Of a stretch of DNA of 64,000 nt, positions 20,055-29,780 are shown one piece after another. Location: positions 570 to 64,569 of the forward strand of contig CAZIHL010000002.1 of NCBI GenBank assembly GCA_964538815.1, given 5' to 3'. The stretch's first letter is position 1. Every line of letters begins with the position of its first letter. The DNA comes from an uncultured Candidatus Saccharibacteria bacterium. GTDB taxonomy: Bacteria; Patescibacteriota; Minisyncoccia; Phycocordibacterales; UBA5272. The position numbers and the translations under genes are program-made. The notes under the pieces were generated by a model, which saw nothing but the letters and a program-made list of their open reading frames with translations, was not told the origin of the DNA and ran no database searches.

Positions 20055-21611
20055 TTAATTATTTATCTTTGGCCTATATTGCAAAGCTTCTAAAATGTGT
20101 GCTAGTTCTATATTTTCTTTTTCATCTAAATCAGCAATAGACTGTGCCACCCGCAATACTCTATGATAAGCACGTGGTGAGAGGGCAAGCTTTGTAGCAT
20201 ACATATCTAGTTCTTTTTTAATTTCCGGTGAAAGATTTAGATATTTTGTAATATCTTTTGAGGACATGTCACGGTTCATCTCAAGATTTTTATTTTCATT
20301 AAATCTTTCTTTCATCTTCTCTCTTGCTTTCAAAATTTTATTTTTATAAATCTCACTACTCTCACCACTTTTTTCTTTTGTTCCCAAATCACTATATGAG
20401 ATATTTGAAACATTGACCCAAATATCAATTCTGTCCATTATTGGCCCCGACAACTTTCTTTCATATCTTGCGATGTCGTGCGAAGTACAAATACATTTTT
20501 TGTCTTTGTTGCCTCTGTTGCCACAAGGGCATGGATTCATAGCCGCTATTAAAATAAATTTAGCTGGAAACTTTTCAGTCCCTTTGGCGCGTGAAATAGA
20601 AATCTGTCCTTCTTCAAGTGGCTCACGAAGTGCCTCAATACTTTTCTTTTCAAATTCTGGAAACTCATCTAGAAAAAGTATTCCGCCATGTGCCAGAGTA
20701 ATCTCTCCTGGTTTTAAATTGCTTCCACCACCAACAAGTGAAACATGACTTGATGTGTGATGTGGTGATCGGAATGGAGCTTCTAAAATTAAATTTTCAT
20801 TTTCTAAATTATTTAGTCCAGCAATAGAATGAATCTTTGTAATTTCTAAAATATTTTTATAGTCTAGATTTGGAAGGAGATTTCTGGATGCACGAGCAAG
20901 CATTGTTTTACCTGTGCCTGGTGGGCCATAAAGTGCGATATTGTGTCCGCCTGCCATAGCTATGAGAAGAGCTCTCTTTGCTGCAGTCTGCCCTTTTACA
21001 TCTTCTATACCAGTATTGTATTTCTTAGAAATATTTTTTAAAAGATTTTCAATATTTGTCTTTTTAGCTTTTTCTAAAATTTCTTTACCTGTTAAATGAT
21101 CAATTACTTCATTTAAATTTTTTATTGCATACACATTAATATTTTCTACAAGCGCAGCTTCTTCTACATTTTCTTTTGGTAAAAATAGATTTTTAATTTT
21201 ATTATTTTCACATAACTCTGCTATTGCGAGCGCTCCTTTTAATTTTGTAGTTTCACCTTTTAGTGATAATTCTCCTACAAAAAGTGAATCTTCTAATATT
21301 TCTTCTTTTACAGTTATTTCTTTATTTGCAATTAAGTATGATAAAGCAATTGCTAAATCAAAATTAGTTCCTTCTTTTTTAAGATCACCTGGCGCTAGAA
21401 AAATAGTAGTTTTTTGATTGACTTGTTTTGGATTTGAAAAGTCACTATTACGAAGTGCGGAGCAGACTCTGTCTTTACTTTCATCAATTGCTTTATCGCC
21501 AAGACCAATAAGTGAAAAAGAATTTATTCCTCTACCAATATCACATTCTACTTTTACTATTTTAGCTTTTAATCCTGAAACGAATGCAGATTTGATAGAT
21601 GTGAAATGCAT
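20055..21611 (-). CDS. comM: YifB/ComM family Mg-chelatase-like AAA+ ATPase
   Basis: YGPPGTGKTMLA Walker A, ChlI-like N-terminal domain, and a C-terminal Cys cluster CPCGNRGNKDKKCICT typical of YifB. Confidence 0.85.
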   Translation of the reverse strand: MHFTSIKSAFVSGLKAKIVKVECDIGRGINSFSLIGLGDKAIDESKDRVCSALRNSDFSNPKQVNQKTTIFLAPGDLKKEGTNFDLAIALSYLIANKEITVKEEILEDSLFVGELSLKGETTKLKGALAIAELCENNKIKNLFLPKENVEEAALVENINVYAIKNLNEVIDHLTGKEILEKAKKTNIENLLKNISKKYNTGIEDVKGQTAAKRALLIAMAGGHNIALYGPPGTGKTMLARASRNLLPNLDYKNILEITKIHSIAGLNNLENENLILEAPFRSPHHTSSHVSLVGGGSNLKPGEITLAHGGILFLDEFPEFEKKSIEALREPLEEGQISISRAKGTEKFPAKFILIAAMNPCPCGNRGNKDKKCICTSHDIARYERKLSGPIMDRIDIWVNVSNISYSDLGTKEKSGESSEIYKNKILKAREKMKERFNENKNLEMNRDMSSKDITKYLNLSPEIKKELDMYATKLALSPRAYHRVLRVAQSIADLDEKENIELAHILEALQYRPKINN

Positions 21612-21615
21612 ATTT

Positions 21616-22425
21616 TTATTTAAGACTATTTATTGTCTCAAAATAATCTTTCAAAGTTGTGGTAAATACTACATATTTTTTACCAGAATAGCCATAAATT
21701 AAAGTTAAAACTCCAGCATTAGCCACTTCAAAATCTTGGTTTTTTAAAGTTTTACTTTCCCAAGATAAATCATTTTCTAAAATTGGTTTAGGTTTAGATA
21801 TAAATGAACTAAAAATTTGATTTTTAGTTTCAATATTATTGTCAGGTGAATCAAAATCATTTAAATTGTTTTTTTCTAAATAATTTAAATCTAATCCATT
21901 ATCTGTTTGTAAATAATCCACAATATCTTGTATTTTAAAAGCATAAAATAAATCGCTGTTTAAATCTTTTTTGTGAGCTAAAATATAAGCATAAAATAAA
22001 GTATAATTATCAATATTCAAATCGGAGTCTTTAATAGTTAAAATCACAATATTATTTTTCTGCGTAGCTTGAGAAATATAAGGCGATATACCTAGAGCAA
22101 GTTTTGGAAATATTTTTGATAAGTCATTTTGAAGACCATCATTGACTGGGATTTGTTGTATAATATTATTATTTAAATTATTTTCATTTTGTTTTATTTT
22201 CCATTTACTATAAAAATAATAAACTACCACACTTATACAGGCCAATATAAGTAATACAGATATAAAAGTTAAAATTTTTTTAGTTAAAGAACCGTCTTTT
22301 TTTTCAGTTACTAATATATTACTTGTATTGTACTTATCAACACCACCAGAAATAGGAGCTTCATCAAAAGCTCTATTTTCATTCACGTCGTCTTCAAAAG
22401 TATGAATAGTAGGAATATACGCCAT
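21616..22425 (-). CDS. Hypothetical single-TM membrane protein
   Basis: TM ILTFISVLLILACISVVVYYF. No motif. Confidence 0.4.
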   Translation of the reverse strand: MAYIPTIHTFEDDVNENRAFDEAPISGGVDKYNTSNILVTEKKDGSLTKKILTFISVLLILACISVVVYYFYSKWKIKQNENNLNNNIIQQIPVNDGLQNDLSKIFPKLALGISPYISQATQKNNIVILTIKDSDLNIDNYTLFYAYILAHKKDLNSDLFYAFKIQDIVDYLQTDNGLDLNYLEKNNLNDFDSPDNNIETKNQIFSSFISKPKPILENDLSWESKTLKNQDFEVANAGVLTLIYGYSGKKYVVFTTTLKDYFETINSLK

Positions 22426-22508
22426 AAGAAAAAGATTTTATATAAAAATTATATCATAAAAAGAAATTATGAAATTAAAAGGACAATATTTTAATATTGT
22501 CCTTTTAA

Positions 22509-23054
22509 TTATTTTTTATAGTTTGTTTTTTTATTTATACGCTTTACACCTTTATGAAAAATAATAAATTTTTCTGGATTTTCTGACATGTCTATAAAAT
22601 CTTCACACACATCACGAAGTCTAGAAGAAGTAGATCTGCCAAATGATATCACTTCTACTTGAGTAAAGTTTTTTAAATACTCTACAAGCGGTTCAAAGTC
22701 ACCATCTCCAGTAGCTAAAATAACAGTATCTACTTTTGTTGCTAATCTAATAGCATCAATAGCTAAACCTACATCCCAATCACCTTTTTTGTTTCCACCT
22801 AAAAATACTTGTAAATCTTTTGTTTTTGTTTCAATCCCTATTTTAGTTAATGCATCAAAAAAGTCTTTCTCGTCTCCTGCTTCTGTTTTTATAACATAAG
22901 CAATAGCTCGGATAAGTTTTCTACCAGATAATGCTGTGTCTAGGATATTTTTAAAATTTACTTTTGCATTATATAAATTTTTTGCACTATGATATAGATT
23001 TTGAGTATCTATAAATAAAGCAACTCTTTGCTCTTTATGTTTAATAATTGACAT
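22509..23054 (-). CDS. NYN/LabA-like (PIN-related) domain protein
   Basis: VALFIDTQNLYHSAK ... VDTVILATGDGDFEPLVEYLK matches the NYN/LabA (DUF88) acidic-residue pattern. Confidence 0.7.
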   Translation of the reverse strand: MSIIKHKEQRVALFIDTQNLYHSAKNLYNAKVNFKNILDTALSGRKLIRAIAYVIKTEAGDEKDFFDALTKIGIETKTKDLQVFLGGNKKGDWDVGLAIDAIRLATKVDTVILATGDGDFEPLVEYLKNFTQVEVISFGRSTSSRLRDVCEDFIDMSENPEKFIIFHKGVKRINKKTNYKK

Positions 23055-23084
23055 ATATTTGTTATATAAAAATTTATTTAGTTA

Positions 23085-23172
23085 TAGAATTTTTCAGAAA
23101 ACAATCTATGATGCTTCGGCGTAGACCCCCTTTGGGGTAAAGACGAACTGAAGAAATTGGTTTCTGAAAAAT
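23085..23172. other. Nested inverted-repeat structure downstream of rpsO (complex terminator or small structured RNA)
   Basis: Outer 14-bp stem tttcagaaaacaat / attggtttctgaaa enclosing a CCCC-N5-GGGG hairpin and a gcttc...gaag stem. Confidence 0.4.
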
Positions 23173-23258
23173 CCTGAATGTTTTTAATATTAAAATTTAA
23201 ACCTATTTAATTATATCAAGATAATAAAAATATCTTCATTATAATGAAGATATTTTTA

Positions 23259-23525
23259 TTATGCACGGAGCCCTAGTGTTTTTGACACTTTCTTTAAAGA
23301 TGTCGGTTTATTTTTTTCTAAGTATTTTATATGTTTTCTTCTATCGGCAACCATTTGGATTAGACCTCTTCTTGAATGGTTATCTTTTTTATGTATTTTA
23401 AGATGAGAAGTAACCTCTTCAATTCTTCTTGTTAAAAGAGCAATCTGCGATTCAGCAGATCCTGTATCAGTACCATGAAGTTGAACTTCTTTTATAGCAT
23501 TAGCCTTTTTTCTTTTTGTAAGCAT
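23259..23525 (-). CDS. rpsO: 30S ribosomal protein S15
   Basis: HLKIHKKDNHSRRGLIQMVADRRKHIKYL is the S15 signature. Confidence 0.9.
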   Translation of the reverse strand: MLTKRKKANAIKEVQLHGTDTGSAESQIALLTRRIEEVTSHLKIHKKDNHSRRGLIQMVADRRKHIKYLEKNKPTSLKKVSKTLGLRA

Positions 23526-23631
23526 ATTTATAATTAATTATCTTGACTTAAATAAGTTTTTATATCATATCACACTTTACAAAAAAATGCAAGTCTTAAA
23601 TACTTTAATTTTAGTATGTTAAAATTAATCT

Positions 23632-24654
23632 ATGTCGCACAATATTTCAGCTAAAGAATTAGAAAATCTTAAATTTTCCTTTTTGGAATATGTAGAAATA
23701 GAAAAAGGAAGGTCTCTTTTGACTGTCCGTAATTATGATCACTATATAAATAGATTCATAAAATTCTTAAAAGACAATAAATATACAAATATTGATGATA
23801 GAGTTATGCGCGAATATAGACTTTTTCTTAACCGCCTCCCTTCTAAAGTAAATAAATCTTCTAAAAATAAGTTAGCAGAAACACTTGATAAAAAAACTCA
23901 AAATTATCACTTGATAGCACTAAGAGCTTTCTTTAAATATTGTAGAAAAAAGGGATTTTTATTATATGACCCAGAAAAAATAGAACTTGCAAAGACAATA
24001 CAAAGAGAATTGGATTTAATTACAGAAAAGGATTTGGAAAATTTATTAAATGCTCCAGAAGAATGGTATAAATCACACTTAAAAAAAGAGACTAAAAATA
24101 AAAACTCCGAGCAAGATAAAAAAACAAAATATTTAGTAATGTTAAGAGATAAGACAATACTAGAAACTTTTTTCTCAACAGGATTGCGTGTATCTGAATT
24201 ATGTTCTCTAGATAGAGACGAAGACTTATCAAGTGGTGAGGTGTCAGTACGAGGAAAAGGAGGGAAAATTAGAGTAGTTTTCTTTTCAGATTTTGCAATA
24301 GAGAGCATTAAAAATTATTTAAAAGAAAGAATAGATGTAGATGACGCTATGTTTATTGATTTATCTTTTAGAGGTAAAGGCAGAATCCAAAATGGAGAAG
24401 ATATGAGATTAACTTCAAGAAGTGTTGAAAGAATTATTAAAAAGTATGCTGAGTTTGTAGGTATTTCAAAAAAGTGCACACCACATGTTCTACGTCACTC
24501 TTTTGCTACAGACCTATTAAAAAATGGAGCAGATTTGAGAACAGTACAAATGATGCTTGGTCACGCTAGCATTTCCACAACTCAGATCTATACCAATGTT
24601 ACAAATAAATTTTTAAAAGATCAGTTTGCAAAATATCATTCAAGGAGGAAGTAG
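23632..24654 (+). CDS. Tyrosine site-specific recombinase (XerC/XerD/integrase family)
   Basis: C-terminal HVLRHSFATDLLKNGADLRTVQMMLGHASISTTQIYTNV contains the catalytic R...HxxR...Y tetrad region. Confidence 0.85.
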   Translation: MSHNISAKELENLKFSFLEYVEIEKGRSLLTVRNYDHYINRFIKFLKDNKYTNIDDRVMREYRLFLNRLPSKVNKSSKNKLAETLDKKTQNYHLIALRAFFKYCRKKGFLLYDPEKIELAKTIQRELDLITEKDLENLLNAPEEWYKSHLKKETKNKNSEQDKKTKYLVMLRDKTILETFFSTGLRVSELCSLDRDEDLSSGEVSVRGKGGKIRVVFFSDFAIESIKNYLKERIDVDDAMFIDLSFRGKGRIQNGEDMRLTSRSVERIIKKYAEFVGISKKCTPHVLRHSFATDLLKNGADLRTVQMMLGHASISTTQIYTNVTNKFLKDQFAKYHSRRK

Positions 24655-24728
24655 GTTTTGAATTATATAAAAATTTTTAGTTATTTTTATCTAACCACAT
24701 ATTTTTGTTTCTATGTTAAAATATTTTT

Positions 24729-25502
24729 ATGAAGATAATAACTTGGAATGTGAATGGTTTGCGGGCAATTGAGAAAAAAGGAGAATTTGATAATTTGATT
24801 AAACAATTTTCTCCAGATATTGTTTGCTTACAAGAAACAAAATCGGAAATTCATCAACTGAAAGATAATACAAGAGATAAAGAGGGATATTTTTCATTTT
24901 TTGAATCAGCAAAAAATAGAAAGGGATATTCTGGCGTTGCTATCTATACTAAAGTAAACCCAAAAAAAGTGACCTCCACAATGGGGTATAAAGAAAAAGA
25001 TTTTTTAGATAATGAAGGTAGAACATTGATTGCGGAGTATGAAGGTGTTTACTTAATAAATTGTTATTGGCCTAATGGCGGTAAAAGTAAAGAACATTTT
25101 CAATATAAGTTAGAATATTATAAAAGATTTTTAAAATTGGCTAAAAATTTAGAAAAGAAAAAACCGATCATATTTTGTGGAGATGTAAATGCAACAGTAG
25201 AAGATATTGATTTAGCAAGACCAAAAGAAAATGCTGATAAATTGGGCTGCACAAAAGAAGAAAGAGATTTATTAAAAGAGTGGAAAAAATATTTTATAGA
25301 TGTTTGGAGAGAAAAAAATCCAAAAAAAGCAGAGTATACTTGGTGGGATATGAAAACTAGAGCAAGAGAAAGAAATATTGGTTGGAGAATTGATTATTTT
25401 TTTATTTCAAAATCTTTAGAAAAAAAAGTAAAAAAAATAGAAATTTTAAATGATATTTATGGATCAGATCATTGTCCAGTAATTATGGATATACAATTTT
25501 AA
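24729..25502 (+). CDS. xth: Exodeoxyribonuclease III (AP endonuclease)
   Basis: MKIITWNVNGLRA, CLQETK, WRIDYFFIS and GSDHCPV motifs. Confidence 0.9.
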   Translation: MKIITWNVNGLRAIEKKGEFDNLIKQFSPDIVCLQETKSEIHQLKDNTRDKEGYFSFFESAKNRKGYSGVAIYTKVNPKKVTSTMGYKEKDFLDNEGRTLIAEYEGVYLINCYWPNGGKSKEHFQYKLEYYKRFLKLAKNLEKKKPIIFCGDVNATVEDIDLARPKENADKLGCTKEERDLLKEWKKYFIDVWREKNPKKAEYTWWDMKTRARERNIGWRIDYFFISKSLEKKVKKIEILNDIYGSDHCPVIMDIQF

Positions 25503-25507
25503 TAAAT

Positions 25508-25541
25508 AAAAAGACATCTTTGATGTCTTTTTATTTATTAA
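25508..25541. terminator. Bidirectional terminator hairpin between xth and the convergent surface-protein gene
   Basis: aaaagacatctttgatgtctttttattt. Confidence 0.55.
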
Positions 25542-25552
25542 AATAAGTATAT

Positions 25553-26677
25553 TTACTTTAGCATTATATTAGGAGGAGTATTATTATTCCCAATTACGGT
25601 AAAAGGTTCAGACATGGGTACTGCAAAAAATTGTATATCACAATACCAACCATTACAAGTTGGTGAAGGACTGGGTGTGCCCCCACCACCACCAATACCT
25701 CCACTAATACCTCCACCTTCGTCCAACTCATCTATATACATCATAAGAGCTTGAGCAGATTTTATACCAAAGATATTTAATATAGATGAATATAATTTTG
25801 AATTTTTATTATTATCATTATTATACCCATAAGATGAATTATTCCAAAGTCCTGTATTTGGGTTTCTAAAAGGGGTATTTGATGTAAAAGAAGGATTTAT
25901 AGTTAATTGTGCTACATAGTTACCAAATTCTGCATTTTGAGGAACAGTAAAATAATTTGGAGCATTGAGAGTACCAAAAATATAAGTGTTATCTTGTATA
26001 GGCCTATTATTTGTTGTTGTTATGTAAGAGTTCGGTGTAAATATTTCTACATTGCGGCCATTATCTGCTGGATCCACAGTAATATTATAGGATAGAACAT
26101 TATCTAAGTGATAGGTGTATGTTTCAAATTCTGGATTATAATCACATCTTTGATTGTTAGAATTATAATAATTACCATCAGATTGTATAACACAATAAGT
26201 ATTATAAGAAGCTTTCAATTCTCCATTAAGTATACGTATATTCTTAATAGAATTTGGGACAATAGAAAATCCGCTAAAATCAATGCTCGGTATAGTGAAT
26301 AATTTATTATTCTTATAATAAATCCCATTATCTTTAGTATTATAATATAAATTAGTACTAGGTGTATTTACAGTATTTAAGGTTAAATAAGTTGAAAGAT
26401 TTGGTTTTCCAGATTCAAATATTTCTCTCATATAAATAGGTCTATCAATACTAGATCCATTGGAACAAGTAATATGTCCCGTAGAATAAATTTTAGTAAT
26501 GTAAATTTTTTCATTTGGAGCATAAGATTCTTTATCTAAATGTAGCTCTACTTGTATTGATAAAGTATGAGTTTTATTAGTATTTGTAAAAACCACCACT
26601 CTGGTATCGGCATTTGCTATTTTCACACTAAAAATTATTATAAAAAAAGGTAGTATTTTTAAAAGTGTTTTTTTCAT
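25553..26677 (-). CDS. Secreted Asn/Tyr/Thr-rich surface protein with Gly-rich C-terminus
   Basis: Start reassigned to MKKTLLKILPFFIIIFSVKIANA (signal peptide). C-terminus GGGISGGIGGGGGTPSPSPTCNGWYCDIQFF. Confidence 0.55.
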   Translation of the reverse strand: MKKTLLKILPFFIIIFSVKIANADTRVVVFTNTNKTHTLSIQVELHLDKESYAPNEKIYITKIYSTGHITCSNGSSIDRPIYMREIFESGKPNLSTYLTLNTVNTPSTNLYYNTKDNGIYYKNNKLFTIPSIDFSGFSIVPNSIKNIRILNGELKASYNTYCVIQSDGNYYNSNNQRCDYNPEFETYTYHLDNVLSYNITVDPADNGRNVEIFTPNSYITTTNNRPIQDNTYIFGTLNAPNYFTVPQNAEFGNYVAQLTINPSFTSNTPFRNPNTGLWNNSSYGYNNDNNKNSKLYSSILNIFGIKSAQALMMYIDELDEGGGISGGIGGGGGTPSPSPTCNGWYCDIQFFAVPMSEPFTVIGNNNTPPNIMLK

Positions 26678-26681
26678 ACAA

Positions 26682-28004
26682 TTAAATATTTTTATCTTTT
26701 TTTCTAAAAACCAAAATACCATAACCAATAAGTACTAATATTATTACAAATAAAACTATATAGAATTTATTTATATTCATATTGCCAATTTTTGCTTTAG
26801 GTATATTTGGATTTATATTTACCTTATCTACACGACTATTTAAATCAATAGTTTGATTAGCTAAAATATTTCCTTGGCTATCTACAATATTTATCGAAGC
26901 TATAGCATTATTACAATCTTTGTTTATTGCCACACTAGCAATAGTAGAATTTAAATCATAACCTTTAGTTAGTTTTTTTGATGATTTTCCACAGATTTCT
27001 CCAAAACTATCAGTAACTTTTGTATTTAAAACATAATTATCTCCTGTTCCGCCATGTCTTGAAAATGGAAAAGAGTCAGCAGAAGGTGTCCAAAATACTT
27101 CTACAAAAGCAGTTTCTCCTAGTTTATAATTATTTTTATCTAAAAATGTATTTTGAATAGTTGCAGAATTACCACTTATAACATAATGTATATAAATTGA
27201 AGGAGAAATTTTCTCCCCTTTTTCATTTATAAAGAAAGTATCTATATCATAAGCCTGAGGGTTTGATAAAGAAGGAATTTTAAAAGTAATGTTATCTGTA
27301 GTATTACCTTTAATGGAGAATTTTTGATCTAAAATTTTATTATCTAATATATCACCATATTGATCACGATTATGAGTAATAAGTTGTAATTTTAAATCTG
27401 AATTTCCTAAAATAGCATTATTTGTTATTTCGCAAGTAGCATATAGTTCTTCATTCGAGAAAATATCTATACCTTGATTGATATTGTATTTAGTTGAAGT
27501 AGCATCTGTAGGTATTGTTAAATAACAATTATTTATGTTTATTCCATTTGCATCATTGTCTATAGTTATTAATTTTTCTGGAAAACCTATAGGTGAACTT
27601 GATAAACGTATACCAGAAGCATTTTGAGAAACTATATTTATTTTATACACACCATTAGGTATATAAGAAGGTATAGTGTAAGTTGTATTTATGGTTTTAG
27701 ACTCACCTTCACCCAATGTTATAGCTTCATTAGATAAATCCATATCAACTACTTCGCCAGTAGATTTTTTTATTAATTGTACACCATACCTAATATCAGG
27801 CTGTATGCCAGTTTTATTTTTAAGTCTAAAAGAAATATTGTATGTATTGTTATTTATTTTTGTATTCGTTGCGTCATATATATTTACTGTAGCTACAAGC
27901 ATAGTTTTTACTATTTGTGGCTCAGTAGATTGTGCAAAAGATATATTTGTCCATATAGCAAAAGCTAAAAGTGAAAAAATAAATCCAGTTAATAATTTTT
28001 TCAT
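26682..28004 (-). CDS. Secreted surface protein with C-terminal TM anchor
   Basis: N-terminal signal FSLLAFAIWTNISFAQS and a C-terminal hydrophobic anchor FYIVLFVIILVLIGYGILVF followed by RKKDKNI. Confidence 0.55.
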   Translation of the reverse strand: MKKLLTGFIFSLLAFAIWTNISFAQSTEPQIVKTMLVATVNIYDATNTKINNNTYNISFRLKNKTGIQPDIRYGVQLIKKSTGEVVDMDLSNEAITLGEGESKTINTTYTIPSYIPNGVYKINIVSQNASGIRLSSSPIGFPEKLITIDNDANGININNCYLTIPTDATSTKYNINQGIDIFSNEELYATCEITNNAILGNSDLKLQLITHNRDQYGDILDNKILDQKFSIKGNTTDNITFKIPSLSNPQAYDIDTFFINEKGEKISPSIYIHYVISGNSATIQNTFLDKNNYKLGETAFVEVFWTPSADSFPFSRHGGTGDNYVLNTKVTDSFGEICGKSSKKLTKGYDLNSTIASVAINKDCNNAIASINIVDSQGNILANQTIDLNSRVDKVNINPNIPKAKIGNMNINKFYIVLFVIILVLIGYGILVFRKKDKNI

Positions 28005-28160
28005 AATATATTAATAAGGTTAAGATTTATAATAAATAATAAATGAATATAAAAACTTCATCTATAATAAAATTATATCAATAAAATAAATTTTATTTTT
28101 TATTTATGCACATAAAATAGAATATCTCACATTTTTATATAATGTGAGATATAAATATTT

Positions 28161-28412
28161 TTATAAATTTCTCTCTGATTCTTCGTCATCATCATCTAAA
28201 ATATTTTTATTATTAAAATATTTTAGATTTTCTTTTTGGGCTTTATTTAAAGTCTTAGTTTCAGAGGAGGAAGTTATTATGGTATCTATATTTAATAATT
28301 TTTGATTATTTTGTTGTCCACTTCCTAAAAATATTGTAGATGCAAGTGTCACACCAGAAACCCCTAAAAGAATATTCTTTTGTAATCTTTCTAATTTATA
28401 TTTTCTTGTCAT
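28161..28412 (-). CDS. Small hypothetical secreted/TM protein
   Basis: 83 aa with one hydrophobic segment. Weak. Confidence 0.3.
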   Translation of the reverse strand: MTRKYKLERLQKNILLGVSGVTLASTIFLGSGQQNNQKLLNIDTIITSSSETKTLNKAQKENLKYFNNKNILDDDDEESERNL

Positions 28413-28632
28413 AATTAAATGTTTTTGAGTTATTTGTTAATAATTGATAATTTTTTAAATATTATTTAATTTTATAAGTTTATTTTATCGTTCAACCTTT
28501 TAAATCTATAAATATCAAATTTTTACTCTTTTTGTATATAAACTTATACAATATATTTTATAAAATATTACAAAAAAGCTAGGTTTTTCTCTTAATTTTT
28601 TCTTAATATTGTCTTAACAATCTAAAAACCTT

Positions 28633-29727
28633 TTATTTTAAAGCTAAAATACCAGGAAGTTTTCCATCTTTTACTAAAAATTCAAGCATTGATCCTCCAC
28701 TTGTAGAAATATGCATATTGACACTTTCTTTCATTTTTGTTTTTTTTACTAATACTAGAGTATCTCCTCCACCAATTAATATGTTTACTTTAACTTTTTT
28801 TAATTCTTTCAAGATTGCAAGAGTTCCAGCATTAAATCCTTTTTCATATATTCCAAGTGGACCATTCATTATGATATTTTTAGTTTTTGATAGTTGATTT
28901 TTTAATATGGAAAAAGTTGCTGGACCAATATCGCATATATAATCTTCATTTTTAAGCTCCTCTAAAAGTTTTATTTTATTATCTTTTAAGATAGCGTCAA
29001 TCGGTAAGATAATATTTTTATTTTTAATTTCTTTTAAAAATAATTTCTTAAAAGCCGGAGTTATTATAAAATCCTTTTCTATAAATGATTTACCAATTTC
29101 TATATTTAAAACATCTTTTAAAATTTGATTTGCAATTCCTCCACTCACAAATACTTTAGCTTTTAAATCTAAAAACTTTTTAATTAATGGAAGCTTTGTA
29201 GAGATTTTTGCTCCAGACAAGATTAATAAAGTATTATTTTTTGCATTCTTTGCAAGTTTTAAAGATTTTTCTATTTTTTTAATTTCTTGTTTAGAGTATT
29301 CTCCAAGCTTTATATTTTTTCCTTGTTTTTTAAATAATTTTGGTATTCCAACTATTGAAGCGTTGTCTCTATGCATTACTGAGAAAGCGTCATCTATATA
29401 TTCATCTCCCAAATTTGCAAAATCTTTTGCTGTCTCATTCCATTCTTTACTCCCCGCTTTTGCTGTCTCCCCTTTTATCCACCTAGTATTTTTTTCTATT
29501 ATGAGATTTTTATTTTCTTCTTTTGAAAGCTTTTTTCTTAAATATTTTTCAATAGGTTCTAAGGTGTCAGTTTTTTCGCCCTTTCCGAGATGTGAAAGTA
29601 TTACAACATTATTTTTCTTTAAAAGTTTTTGCAAACTTGGGACTATCACATCTATTCTGCTAGTATCTATTATTTTTCCATTCGCAATTGGCACATTTAA
29701 ATCAAGTCTTAAAATTATTTTTTTCAT
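28633..29727 (-). CDS. pgk: Phosphoglycerate kinase
   Basis: N-terminal RLDLNVPIANGKIIDTSRI and C-terminal STSGGSMLEFLVKDGKLPGILAL match PGK termini. Confidence 0.85.
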   Translation of the reverse strand: MKKIILRLDLNVPIANGKIIDTSRIDVIVPSLQKLLKKNNVVILSHLGKGEKTDTLEPIEKYLRKKLSKEENKNLIIEKNTRWIKGETAKAGSKEWNETAKDFANLGDEYIDDAFSVMHRDNASIVGIPKLFKKQGKNIKLGEYSKQEIKKIEKSLKLAKNAKNNTLLILSGAKISTKLPLIKKFLDLKAKVFVSGGIANQILKDVLNIEIGKSFIEKDFIITPAFKKLFLKEIKNKNIILPIDAILKDNKIKLLEELKNEDYICDIGPATFSILKNQLSKTKNIIMNGPLGIYEKGFNAGTLAILKELKKVKVNILIGGGDTLVLVKKTKMKESVNMHISTSGGSMLEFLVKDGKLPGILALK

Positions 29728-29780
29728 ATTTAAGTATTATAACAAATATGAATTGTTGGGAGGAATTGTTTTTTACTTTA

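Noticed and set aside
23632-24654. Integrase marking a prophage or integrative element
   Set aside because: No phage or mobile cargo flanks it; the neighbours are rpsO and xth. It is more likely a chromosomal Xer-type recombinase, although an att-like scar exists elsewhere at 44351-44551.
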